Assembly (NCBI GenBank): GCA_038202695.1
Contig: JBBRET010000011.1
Coordinates: 6,544-70,543, forward strand
DNA length: 64,000 nt
From: Flavobacteriales bacterium
Lineage (GTDB): Bacteria; Bacteroidota; Bacteroidia; Flavobacteriales; Flavobacteriaceae
Direction: 5' to 3'
Under the pieces are notes generated by a model. The model had not been told where the DNA came from, searched no databases, and was given only the letters and a program-made list of their open reading frames with translations. Numbering within the stretch: position 1 is the first letter of the stretch; every line of letters starts with the position of its first letter. The position numbers and the translations under genes were made by a program. This document shows positions 28,510 to 37,487 of this stretch, in pieces.

Positions 28510-28661
28510 TCTAGTTTAAAAACGGTTGCAAAGGTAGTTAAAACGATGTATATACTTGAAAATAGAATAGAAAGATTTTTGTTAATTTAATAAAAACATT
28601 CTGACTTGTTTATGCAAGTTATTTGAAAATAAAATTATATTTGATAACAAATTAAGTGGCT

Positions 28662-29843
28662 ATGTCTGGATCAATAATTATTGTCATTTGCGGATTATTA
28701 CTTTTGGCATACATCTTTGATATTACTTCGTCAAAGACCCGAATACCTTCGGTAATTTTACTTTTAATTTTGGGGTGGACAGTAAAACAATTAGCCGTTT
28801 TTTTTAAGATTTCATTTCCCGGTTTTGAAGAGCAATTACCTGCCATAGGCACCATCGGATTAATATTAATAGTGCTAGATGGCGCATTGGAACTAGAAGT
28901 GCATCAGTCAAATTTGGCGATGATTGGCAAGTCGGCTATAGTAGCCTTGGTTCCTATGATTTTGATCAGTTTTGGTTTGGCCCAAGCAATTTATTATTTT
29001 GATCCTGATATCAGTTTTAAAGACAGTTTAATCAATGCCATTCCATTTTCAATAATCAGTAGTGCTGTTGCGATTTCGGGTTCTAAAAATTTGATTTCAT
29101 CCCAAAAGGAGTTCATTGTTTACGAAAGCAGTTTGTCAGATGTATTTGGCGTTGTTTTTTTTAATTTTGTGGCGCTGCATGAGGAAATTAATACGTCTTC
29201 GTTTGTAGATTTCTTCCGAGATATTTTCTTAATTCTAATCATTTCGTTTTTGGCAACAATTGCACTGGCTTTTTTATTGAGTAAAATAAAACACAAGGTA
29301 AAGTTTGCCCCTATTATTATTCTGATCATACTCATTTACCACATCTCTAAAATCTACCATTTGCCCGCTTTGGTTTTCATCTTGTTGTTTGGTATTTTTA
29401 TGGGAAATCTGGATCAAATAAAAAAAATAAAATATTTAGACAAAATCCAGTCTGAAACGTTAAATCGCGAAGTAGATAAATTTAAAGAACTTACCGTAGA
29501 GTTTACGTTTTTGATAAGAACCTTGTTTTTTATATTGTTTGGATTCATGATAAAAACAAGTGAGTTATTAAACGTGAAATCACTTATTTGGTCTGTAGGG
29601 ATTGCCCTTTCAATTTTTAGTATTCGATTTTTTACTTTAAAATTAATGAAAGTAAAACTCCATCCGCTTTTGTTTATATCTCCACGAGGTCTGATTACGG
29701 TTTTGCTGTTTTTATCTGTTCCAATGGGACATGCATCAAAAATCATTAATAATTCTTTACTGATTCAAGTGATTATATTAACCGCCTTGATTATGATGTT
29801 TGGTTTGATGTTTACTAGTACCAAAGAAAAATTAAAAAATTAA
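28662..29843 (+). CDS. Cation:proton antiporter family protein
   Basis: About 12 TM segments; ESSLSDVFG and PRGLIT motifs; TATATTTG at 28636. Confidence 0.8.
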   Translation: MSGSIIIVICGLLLLAYIFDITSSKTRIPSVILLLILGWTVKQLAVFFKISFPGFEEQLPAIGTIGLILIVLDGALELEVHQSNLAMIGKSAIVALVPMILISFGLAQAIYYFDPDISFKDSLINAIPFSIISSAVAISGSKNLISSQKEFIVYESSLSDVFGVVFFNFVALHEEINTSSFVDFFRDIFLILIISFLATIALAFLLSKIKHKVKFAPIIILIILIYHISKIYHLPALVFILLFGIFMGNLDQIKKIKYLDKIQSETLNREVDKFKELTVEFTFLIRTLFFILFGFMIKTSELLNVKSLIWSVGIALSIFSIRFFTLKLMKVKLHPLLFISPRGLITVLLFLSVPMGHASKIINNSLLIQVIILTALIMMFGLMFTSTKEKLKN

Positions 29844-32326
29844 AACCCAAAATCTAATACAAAACTTAGTTTTACCGCCAAGTTGTCTTCAAATCTGGGC
29901 AGTTGGTTGGGTCCATATCGGTAAAAACCGGTCAAGCCAAAACCTTTGAAAATCTGATTCAATTCGATTCCTGATTCAAAGAAGCCTTCGTTTAATGTTT
30001 TATAGTCAATTCCGATATGACGTTCAGCATGTTCTAGATTTCCCCAAGCCATTCTTGTCACTAAAACCAAAGAAGGTTTTACTTTTTTGAATAATTCAAT
30101 TCTTTTAAAACCATGTTTCAACTGTAGCATTACAAATTCACTCGAAAAGAATTCGTTAAAATACATGGTTTCAAAACTGTTTTTTCCGGCAATTGTTATT
30201 CTTTGTAAAAGTTTGTCCTTGGTCAAATTATTGGGCGAGGTATTATACAAATGCGTTATTGGTAAAGCGCCAAATGCATAACCAGCTTGCAGTAAAACTG
30301 CCGATTTTTGTCCGTTTAAATATTTTTTCTCATATTCAATTCGCGTGTCGATTTTCCCAAAATCAAAATCGTTTGCTAAGATATTCGGTAGCGACTTGGT
30401 AAACTGAAACGAAAATTTTGGGAATCGTTTTTCAAATTCAATTTTACCATTAGGAGTTTGCATATAATCACTAAAAGGATTCCATTGCATCGCAACCATT
30501 GCAGTTGACATGGTAAATGCACGATACAAATGATTATCATAAGCAAAAGTATAGTTGAATAAAGGGGTTATTTCGCTGTATGAAAGTTGCCAAATGGTTT
30601 CTGTTTTTGGAATAATTTTGGTTTCAACATAACCCTTCCATGTTTGGTGATTGTAAAAGGTGCTGATGTTAATTGGTCGTGGATCATATATTTTAAAAAC
30701 CCGTTTGTCAGTAGCAAAAGCCGTACTGGCAATCTCGCGAACATCATCTGTATAGGACGCGCCAATCCAAGAGCTTGAAAAATTTCCAACACGAACAGCC
30801 GTGCCGATATTGTATTTAAAAGTTTCATCTTTGAGACCGTAAGCGTTGTAACCCTCTAAACGGACTATTTTAGAAAAGCTATCATTAGTAATTCCGCCAA
30901 TTCCAAAACGGAAACCTTCAAAATTATTATAACTTAAAAGATAGCGCAAATCGAAATCAAATGGGCCAAAAGGGACATAGCCGTTGAATACTTTTCGGCC
31001 AAATTTAATTTTGCTTTCAATATTTTGTTTGGCAATAATACTGTCCAAAACCACATAAGTTCGAACACTTCGAGCGTCTAAACTATCGATTCTGTTTTGT
31101 TTCCAAAACACTTCCTCTCTTTTATTAGCGTTTTCTTTTATTTCAATCACAACGGATGATTTCTTGATTTTTTGATTCGTATTTGTGGTCAAATCAAAAA
31201 TCGTCATTTCAGAAGCGAGATAGGTAAAATCAGAAGCCGTTTTTTTAGTGGTGGTTTCCTCGTCATTTTCTGCATTAAATTCAATTCGGCCACCCAAAAT
31301 TTTAGTTGGTTCTTTACTTTTTCCCTTGACAATTTTAAAATTTTTTCGAATCGGAAACCAAACTTTATCTTCAGTAAGGTACTTAAATTCTTGAATTCCA
31401 GTTATGTCCAAAACACCCCGTATTCGCATTACAGCTTTGGCAACAGCATAATTTTCGGTGTCAATATAAAGCAATCCTTCCAAGCCCTTTTTATTTTTAT
31501 TTTTAAAATACAACACAATGACTTCGCGCTCGTCAATAGCTGTTGTGTCTAGTATCTTAAAACGATATTCTTTAAGCGCTTCGTCAGAAACGGGACTTTT
31601 ATATTTGGTTTCAAACAACTCATATTTGTCGTCATAGATGGAAAAGGATTGTAAGCTGAAACCCAAAAGCTCATAAATAGGTTCTTTAAATCCAGCCATT
31701 TTTGTACCTAAAATAGTTTCTTTCAAAACCGGTTTTTGAAATTGAAATTGCGATACTTTCTCGGTCAGAAACAAATGCTGCTGGTCAATAATTTTCTTGA
31801 ATTTATAACTTGTCGAATCGATTTTGGAGATTTTATCTTTAGTAATTGCATTAACAAAAAGAGTATCTATTGTTCCGTTAATCGAATCGGGATTTGCAGT
31901 TACGAGTAGTTTGCTGTAGGATTTGAATTGAAAACTATTCAATTTTTTTTGCGGATTGTTGCCCTCTTTTGACTTGATTGCCTTTAAAATGATGGCGTTG
32001 GCCGGATTTGTATTAGAGACAGCTACTTCTTTTAAAATATCAATTTTTGGCGCTAGCAAAATAGCGATAAAGGTTTTTACTTCAAAAAGGGACACGGTTT
32101 TAGATTCGTAACCAACATAAGAAACCGTGATGGTTTCAGGCTGCAAATTTAATAGGAAATCAAATTTACCATCAACATCAGAAATGGTTGACAGCCCTTT
32201 TTCAGTTCGTATCGTTGCAAATGGAAGTGGTTTTTTTGTCTCAGTATCTTTGATAATTCCATTAACATGGAATTGTGCCTGGAGCGACAGGGAGAAAAAT
32301 AAAAATACTAGAAATAGTCGCTTCAT
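29840..32326 (-). CDS. Carboxypeptidase-regulatory-like + DUF5686 outer-membrane protein
   Basis: N-terminal GIIKDTETKKPLPFATI...SDVDGKF...SYVGY domain; beta-barrel C-terminus ending in F; start placed at ATG 32326. Confidence 0.8.
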   Translation of the reverse strand: MKRLFLVFLFFSLSLQAQFHVNGIIKDTETKKPLPFATIRTEKGLSTISDVDGKFDFLLNLQPETITVSYVGYESKTVSLFEVKTFIAILLAPKIDILKEVAVSNTNPANAIILKAIKSKEGNNPQKKLNSFQFKSYSKLLVTANPDSINGTIDTLFVNAITKDKISKIDSTSYKFKKIIDQQHLFLTEKVSQFQFQKPVLKETILGTKMAGFKEPIYELLGFSLQSFSIYDDKYELFETKYKSPVSDEALKEYRFKILDTTAIDEREVIVLYFKNKNKKGLEGLLYIDTENYAVAKAVMRIRGVLDITGIQEFKYLTEDKVWFPIRKNFKIVKGKSKEPTKILGGRIEFNAENDEETTTKKTASDFTYLASEMTIFDLTTNTNQKIKKSSVVIEIKENANKREEVFWKQNRIDSLDARSVRTYVVLDSIIAKQNIESKIKFGRKVFNGYVPFGPFDFDLRYLLSYNNFEGFRFGIGGITNDSFSKIVRLEGYNAYGLKDETFKYNIGTAVRVGNFSSSWIGASYTDDVREIASTAFATDKRVFKIYDPRPINISTFYNHQTWKGYVETKIIPKTETIWQLSYSEITPLFNYTFAYDNHLYRAFTMSTAMVAMQWNPFSDYMQTPNGKIEFEKRFPKFSFQFTKSLPNILANDFDFGKIDTRIEYEKKYLNGQKSAVLLQAGYAFGALPITHLYNTSPNNLTKDKLLQRITIAGKNSFETMYFNEFFSSEFVMLQLKHGFKRIELFKKVKPSLVLVTRMAWGNLEHAERHIGIDYKTLNEGFFESGIELNQIFKGFGLTGFYRYGPNQLPRFEDNLAVKLSFVLDFGF

Positions 32327-32422
32327 TAGAAAGAAATTAACCCCAAAGAGAGATTGCAAAAATAGCAATAAAAAAATCCGTCTCGATACCTCAAAACGGA
32401 TTTTAATATTGAATTAACAAAG

Positions 32423-32983
32423 TTATACTTTCATGATTTCGGCTTCTTTGATTGCCAAATGTTCTTCTACTTTTCGAATGAAACTGTCGGTTAGTTTTTG
32501 AATGTCGTCTTCGGCCGTTTTACAAAGGTCTTCTGAAGTTCCGTCTTTTTCCAATTTTTTAATATCGGTATTAGCCTCTTTACGCGCATTTCGGATTCCG
32601 ATTTTAGCATCTTCAGATTCGGATTTTGCTTGTTTTACCAAATCGCGTCTTCTTTCTTCTGTTAAAGCCGGAACATTGATGATGATGACATCGCCGTTAT
32701 TCATTGGATTGAAACCAATATTAGCAATCATAATTGCTTTTTCAATTGGCTGTAACATGCTTTTTTCGTAGGGTTGAATTGTAATGGTTCGAGCGTCTGG
32801 TACACTAACATTTGATACTTGTGTCAATGGTGTTTGCGAGCCATAATAATCAACAAAAACACTGCCTAACATTTGAGGAGAGGCTTTGCCGGCACGAATG
32901 TTTAAAAATTCTTTTTCTAAATGCGCAATTGAACCTGCCATAGATTCTTTTGTACTGTCTAAAATAAATTCTATTTCTTCCAT
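32423..32983 (-). CDS. frr: Ribosome recycling factor
   Basis: IRAGKASP, PALTEERR, IRNAR motifs. Confidence 0.98.
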   Translation of the reverse strand: MEEIEFILDSTKESMAGSIAHLEKEFLNIRAGKASPQMLGSVFVDYYGSQTPLTQVSNVSVPDARTITIQPYEKSMLQPIEKAIMIANIGFNPMNNGDVIIINVPALTEERRRDLVKQAKSESEDAKIGIRNARKEANTDIKKLEKDGTSEDLCKTAEDDIQKLTDSFIRKVEEHLAIKEAEIMKV

Positions 32984-33066
32984 TTTTATTAGATTTCTAA
33001 ATTAGTTAGATTTTTAGGTCATCAGACAATCTATGCAGTCTAAGACGCTAAGTCAGTCTAAAATGT

Positions 33067-33774
33067 CTATATTTTGACAACGGTTCCGATAGCTTCCCCG
33101 TTACATATTTTTAATAAATTTCCTTTTTTATTCATGTCAAAAACAACTATCGGTAGTTCGTTTTCTTGACTTAAAGTAAAAGCAGTAGAATCCATTACGT
33201 TTAACCCTTTTTTAATAACTTCTTCAAAAGTAATACTCGTAAACTTTACAGCATCGGCATTTTTCTCGGGATCAGAATCGTAAATTCCGTCAACACGTGT
33301 TCCTTTCAAAATGACATCGGCATGTACTTCAACTCCCCGTAAAACTGCAGCTGTATCGGTTGTAAAATAGGGATTTCCGGTTCCGGCTCCAAATATAACA
33401 ATTCTTCCTTTTTCTAAATGACGTACCGCTCTTCTTTTGATATAAGGTTCGGCAATGGCTTCAATTTTTAAAGCGGTTTGCAAACGAGTCAACATTCCTT
33501 TGTCTTCAAGCGCACCTTGTAAAGCCATACCGTTAATAATCGTAGCCAACATTCCCATATAATCGCCTTGAACTCGGTCCATTCCATTACTTGCGCCCGC
33601 TATACCTCTAAAAATATTTCCGCCACCGATTACAATCGCAATTTCTACGCCTTTGTCGTGAATTTCTTTGATTTCATTAGCATACTCGGCTAAACGTTTT
33701 GGGTCAATTCCGTATTGTCTGTCGCCCATTAAAGCTTCACCGCTCAATTTTAATAGAATTCTTTTGTATTTCAT
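33067..33774 (-). CDS. pyrH: UMP kinase
   Basis: [27 protein letters not shown]. Confidence 0.98.
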   Translation of the reverse strand: MKYKRILLKLSGEALMGDRQYGIDPKRLAEYANEIKEIHDKGVEIAIVIGGGNIFRGIAGASNGMDRVQGDYMGMLATIINGMALQGALEDKGMLTRLQTALKIEAIAEPYIKRRAVRHLEKGRIVIFGAGTGNPYFTTDTAAVLRGVEVHADVILKGTRVDGIYDSDPEKNADAVKFTSITFEEVIKKGLNVMDSTAFTLSQENELPIVVFDMNKKGNLLKICNGEAIGTVVKI

Positions 33775-33828
33775 TCTAGATCATGTTTATTAGTTTGGAG
33801 TCATGCTATTGGAAGTTAAAGTCATTTA

Positions 33829-33847
33829 TTCTGAATTAACCTCAGAA
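33829..33847 (+). repeat. REP-like palindrome, decayed copy 3
   Basis: TTCTGA-ATTAACC-TCAGAA inverted repeat. Confidence 0.45.
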
Positions 33848-33990
33848 GTACATCCTCAAGATTCCGATTTTGTGTTGCAAATATAAACATATTCTGTTTT
33901 TTATGGTGTCCGATAAAAAGAATGTTAGCCAACATTTGTCATGTTTTTTGATTTAATCGTTTTGTACCTTCGTGGTGTTAAAATTACTAT

Positions 33991-34599
33991 ATGAAATCGA
34001 TTATCGAAAAAAGCCTTTTAAATAGTTATAGCTATACTGAGTACAGAAAATTTATTTCAGAAAAATTAAAAGAAGGGAAAGCCACAGGAAATCTTCAGTC
34101 AGAAGCACTAGTACATTATAGTGAACTGAACGAAACGCGAATGAATCGTTTAGAACGCACCGTAACTATCGCTATAGAAATTGATCAAAAACTTAAAAAT
34201 TTAGAACGAGAGTATATTTGGTTGCTGATTAGTGAAGGTTGGTGTGGTGATGCAGCCCAAATTATTCCTGTAATTTATAAAATGGCTCAAATTTCAGAAA
34301 AAATTGACTTGAGAATAGTTTTCCGTGATGCCAACGAAGATTTGATGAATCATTTTTTAACTAATGGGACGAAGTCAATTCCAAAGTTGATTATTTTGGA
34401 TAAAAGTACGCTAACTGTTTTAGGCGATTTTGGACCAAGACCGCAAGGGGCAAAACAAATGATGCTAGATTACAAAGCGAGACACGGCACTATTGATGAT
34501 AAGGCTAAAGCTGATTTACAACTGTGGTACTTGCACGATAAAAGCTGGTCAACACAAAAAGAAATTATGAATTTGCAAACTAGTTTTGAGTTTGATTGA
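33991..34599 (+). CDS. Thioredoxin-family protein (WCGDA)
   Basis: SEGWCGDA and SIPKLI cis-Pro motif. Confidence 0.85.
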   Translation: MKSIIEKSLLNSYSYTEYRKFISEKLKEGKATGNLQSEALVHYSELNETRMNRLERTVTIAIEIDQKLKNLEREYIWLLISEGWCGDAAQIIPVIYKMAQISEKIDLRIVFRDANEDLMNHFLTNGTKSIPKLIILDKSTLTVLGDFGPRPQGAKQMMLDYKARHGTIDDKAKADLQLWYLHDKSWSTQKEIMNLQTSFEFD

Positions 34600-35281
34600 T
34601 TTTTTTTTCAAAATCTTCTGGAGTAACTCCGTTTTCAACTGAATAATTTCCAATTTTTGTTCGACGCAAAACCGATAAATATGCACCAGAATTCAGCGCT
34701 TTTCCAAAGTCAAAAGCCAAAGACCGAATATAAGTTCCTTTGCTACAAACTACTCTAAAGTCAATTTCAGGTAATGCTACACGCGTTATTTCAAACTCGT
34801 GAATGGTGGTTTTTCTAAAAGCAATTTCAACTTCTTCTCCAGCTCGCGCATGTTCGTACAAACGTTTTCCGTCTTTTTTAATAGCTGAAAAAACAGGTGG
34901 TTTTTGATCAATTTCACCGAGAAATTGTGGAATAGTTTCTTGAATGTAATCGGCTGTTATGTGTTGAGTTGGAAAAGTAGCATCTACTTCGGTTTCTAAA
35001 TCATACGAGGGCGTTGTGGCTCCAACGGTAATAGTTCCAGTATATTCTTTGGCTTGACCTTGAATTTCAGTAATGCGTTTGGTAAATTTTCCGGTACAAA
35101 CAATTAATAAGCCTGTTGCCAAAGGATCTAAGGTTCCGGCATGACCAATTTTGAATTTCTTTGGAAGATTGTATTGCCGTTTTAAAATGTATTTTAATTT
35201 ATTTACTGCCTGAAATGAAGACCATTGCAAAGGTTTGTCAATCAGAAGTATTTGTCCCTCTAAATAATCTTCGGCCGTCAT
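34580..35281 (-). CDS. truB: tRNA pseudouridine-55 synthase
   Basis: GHAGTLDPLATG, CSKGTYIRS. Confidence 0.97.
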   Translation of the reverse strand: MTAEDYLEGQILLIDKPLQWSSFQAVNKLKYILKRQYNLPKKFKIGHAGTLDPLATGLLIVCTGKFTKRITEIQGQAKEYTGTITVGATTPSYDLETEVDATFPTQHITADYIQETIPQFLGEIDQKPPVFSAIKKDGKRLYEHARAGEEVEIAFRKTTIHEFEITRVALPEIDFRVVCSKGTYIRSLAFDFGKALNSGAYLSVLRRTKIGNYSVENGVTPEDFEKKINQTQN

Positions 35282-36078
35282 TAGATTGTTGTTAATTTTA
35301 AAACAAAGAAATGAATAATCAAAATCACTGTTCCTGCAATAATTCGGTAATACCCAAACATTTTAAATCCATGTTTTGATAAATACCCAATAAAAGATTT
35401 GATGGCTAGCATCGCAACAATGAAAGCAAGAATATTGCCAATAATCAGTAAATTGATTTGCTCGTGCGTTAACACATAACCGTCTTTATAAAAATCATAG
35501 CATTTCTTAATTGTTGCGCCAAACATTGTTGGAACTGCTAAGAAAAAAGAAAATTCTGCTGCGGTTTTTCGAGATAATTTTTGAGACATCCCGCCAATAA
35601 TACTAGCGCCGCTTCTAGAAACTCCTGGAATCATGGCCAAACATTGAAACAAACCGATTTTTAATGCAGTGAGGTAACTGATGTTTTCTGTTTCTTGTGT
35701 TTCTTCTTTATTGGTAAACCAATCGTCAACTTTTAGTAAAATGAATCCACCCAAAACTAACGAAACCGCAACCGTAACTGGATTTTCTAACAAAGCATCT
35801 ATCTTTTTGCTGAATAGCAATCCAAAAACTACTGCCGGAATAAAAGCAACGACTAATTTGAAGTAAAAATCAAGCGTTTGAAAAAACCGCTTGAAATACA
35901 AAACTACCACTGAAAGTATCGCGCCAAGCTGAATGACAATCGTAAATAATTTAGTAAAATCATCATGAGCTATGCCAAAAAACGACGAAGCAATAATCAT
36001 GTGGCCTGTTGAAGAAATCGGGAGAAATTCGGTTATTCCTTCAATAATAGCAAGGACAACCGCTTGTAAATAATCCAT
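35281..36078 (-). CDS. uppP: Undecaprenyl-diphosphate phosphatase
   Basis: [22 protein letters not shown]. Confidence 0.97.
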   Translation of the reverse strand: MDYLQAVVLAIIEGITEFLPISSTGHMIIASSFFGIAHDDFTKLFTIVIQLGAILSVVVLYFKRFFQTLDFYFKLVVAFIPAVVFGLLFSKKIDALLENPVTVAVSLVLGGFILLKVDDWFTNKEETQETENISYLTALKIGLFQCLAMIPGVSRSGASIIGGMSQKLSRKTAAEFSFFLAVPTMFGATIKKCYDFYKDGYVLTHEQINLLIIGNILAFIVAMLAIKSFIGYLSKHGFKMFGYYRIIAGTVILIIHFFVLKLTTI

Positions 36079-36084
36079 ATTGTA

Positions 36085-36150
36085 AGTGATTAGTGATTAG
36101 TAATTGGTGATTAGTAATTTTTTAAGCTAATTACTATACACTATATTACT
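36085..36150. repeat. 7-mer tandem repeat with partial inverted copies (DUF3098-uppP spacer)
   Basis: Five AGT(G/A)ATT units at 36085-36119, then complementary ATTACTA-like units. Confidence 0.7.
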
Positions 36151-36385
36151 ATTTACTTTTCTTAAAAATAGAAAAAATGGTAATCCCAAAACCAATCAAA
36201 ACTACTGTTGGTGCCAATCGGATTCTTCTAAAGTTAAATACATCTTCATTAAAAACCTTTGGGTCATCACTACCGCCGCCACTCATCAATATAAATCCTA
36301 GGGCGATAACAGCAATCCCAACAAATAGGATTTTGTAGTTTGCTTTTTCAAAAAGAAACTCAGGTTTTTGCTCGTTATTTTTCAT
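36149..36385 (-). CDS. DUF3098 small membrane protein
   Basis: GFILMSGGGS...RIRLAP motif; lies between ftsX and uppP. Confidence 0.85.
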   Translation of the reverse strand: MKNNEQKPEFLFEKANYKILFVGIAVIALGFILMSGGGSDDPKVFNEDVFNFRRIRLAPTVVLIGFGITIFSIFKKSK

Positions 36386-36387
36386 TT

Positions 36388-36408
36388 ATGCTGCATTTAT
36401 TTCAGCAT
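36388..36408 (+). repeat. REP-like palindrome, copy 4
   Basis: ATGCTG-CATTTATTT-CAGCAT inverted repeat. Confidence 0.55.
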
Positions 36409-36449
36409 TTCTGCTGGTTATTTTATGTCTTTTTACTTAATTCTCGATG

Positions 36450-37325
36450 CTAATATAAATCGTCTGTTCTCAAATTCAAAAAGCGCTGTGTCGCAATATA
36501 GGTGCTAATCCAAGAAATTACAACTCCAAGTACTAAAACGCCCAAAAGCACGACACCAATGGCAATTTTGTTTTCTAAAATACCCAAATTAGGGAACGTA
36601 GTTTGAATATAAATTAAAACACCCACCAAGGCTAAAATTGCTAATACTGAACCAATTAATCCTAAATACACACTTTTTTGAATGAAAGGTTTTCTGATAA
36701 ATGATTTCGTTGCGCCCACCATTTGCATCGTTTTGATGATAAAACGGTTAGCGAAAATAGACAAACGCAGTGAACTGTTGATTAGCAACACCGAAACGAA
36801 TGCGAAAACACCACTAATAATGAGAATCCACATACTGATATTTTTAATGTTATCGTTAACCATTGTTACTAATTGCTTGTCATAAACAATATCGGCTATC
36901 ATGTCATTTTTTCGCAAGCGATTTTCAATTTTTGCAATGCCTTCATTAGTAACATAATCAGCTTTTAAGTGAATGTCAAATGAATTCTGCAGCGGGTTTA
37001 CCCCTAAAAACTGCATAAAATCTTCACCAATAATCTTCATGTGCTTTTCTGCTGCCTTTTCTTTAGATACATATTCAAAAGATTTAGCAAATTTAGCCGT
37101 TTTCAACTCGCTGTTAAAAGCCGTAATTGTCGAATCGGAAACTTCGGTCTTAAAGAAAACTGTCATTGCAATTTCTTCTTTGAAATTGTCTGATAATCGC
37201 TTGGAATTGATTACGAATAGTCCTAAAAGCCCCAATAAAAACAGTACTAAAAAGATACTCAACACTACCGAAAAATAGGAGGTTATCACTCTGCGTTTCT
37301 GAAACTTTTCAAATGATGAAGACAT
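36450..37325 (-). CDS. ftsX: Cell division permease FtsX
   Basis: TMQMVGATKSFIRKPF, NPL...I motif, 4 TM segments; start placed at ATG 37325 (MSSSFEK). Confidence 0.93.
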   Translation of the reverse strand: MSSSFEKFQKRRVITSYFSVVLSIFLVLFLLGLLGLFVINSKRLSDNFKEEIAMTVFFKTEVSDSTITAFNSELKTAKFAKSFEYVSKEKAAEKHMKIIGEDFMQFLGVNPLQNSFDIHLKADYVTNEGIAKIENRLRKNDMIADIVYDKQLVTMVNDNIKNISMWILIISGVFAFVSVLLINSSLRLSIFANRFIIKTMQMVGATKSFIRKPFIQKSVYLGLIGSVLAILALVGVLIYIQTTFPNLGILENKIAIGVVLLGVLVLGVVISWISTYIATQRFLNLRTDDLY

Positions 37326-37444
37326 AAAATGTATTTTAATGTGGTAAAAATAATAAAGAAAATTGTTTTTCTTCTTTATAACGTACAAAGTTTTAACTTT
37401 ATTATAATAAACGTAAATTTGCCGCTTAAATTATATATCCACTG

Positions 37445-37481
37445 GCAACTTTGCAACTTTGCAACTTTGCGACTTTGCAAC
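37445..37481 (+). repeat. GCAACTTT tandem repeat (about 4.6 units) in the leuS leader
   Basis: GCAACTTT x3, GCGACTTT, GCAAC, between TAAATTTG (37414) and the ATG (37488). Confidence 0.85.
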
Positions 37482-37487
37482 AAGATA

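Noticed and set aside
37329-37487. Extended LeuS N-terminus and overlap with the ftsX ORF, as given by the ORF track
   Set aside because: The extensions span promoter elements and the tandem repeat; the real starts are more plausibly 37488 (leuS) and 37325 (ftsX).
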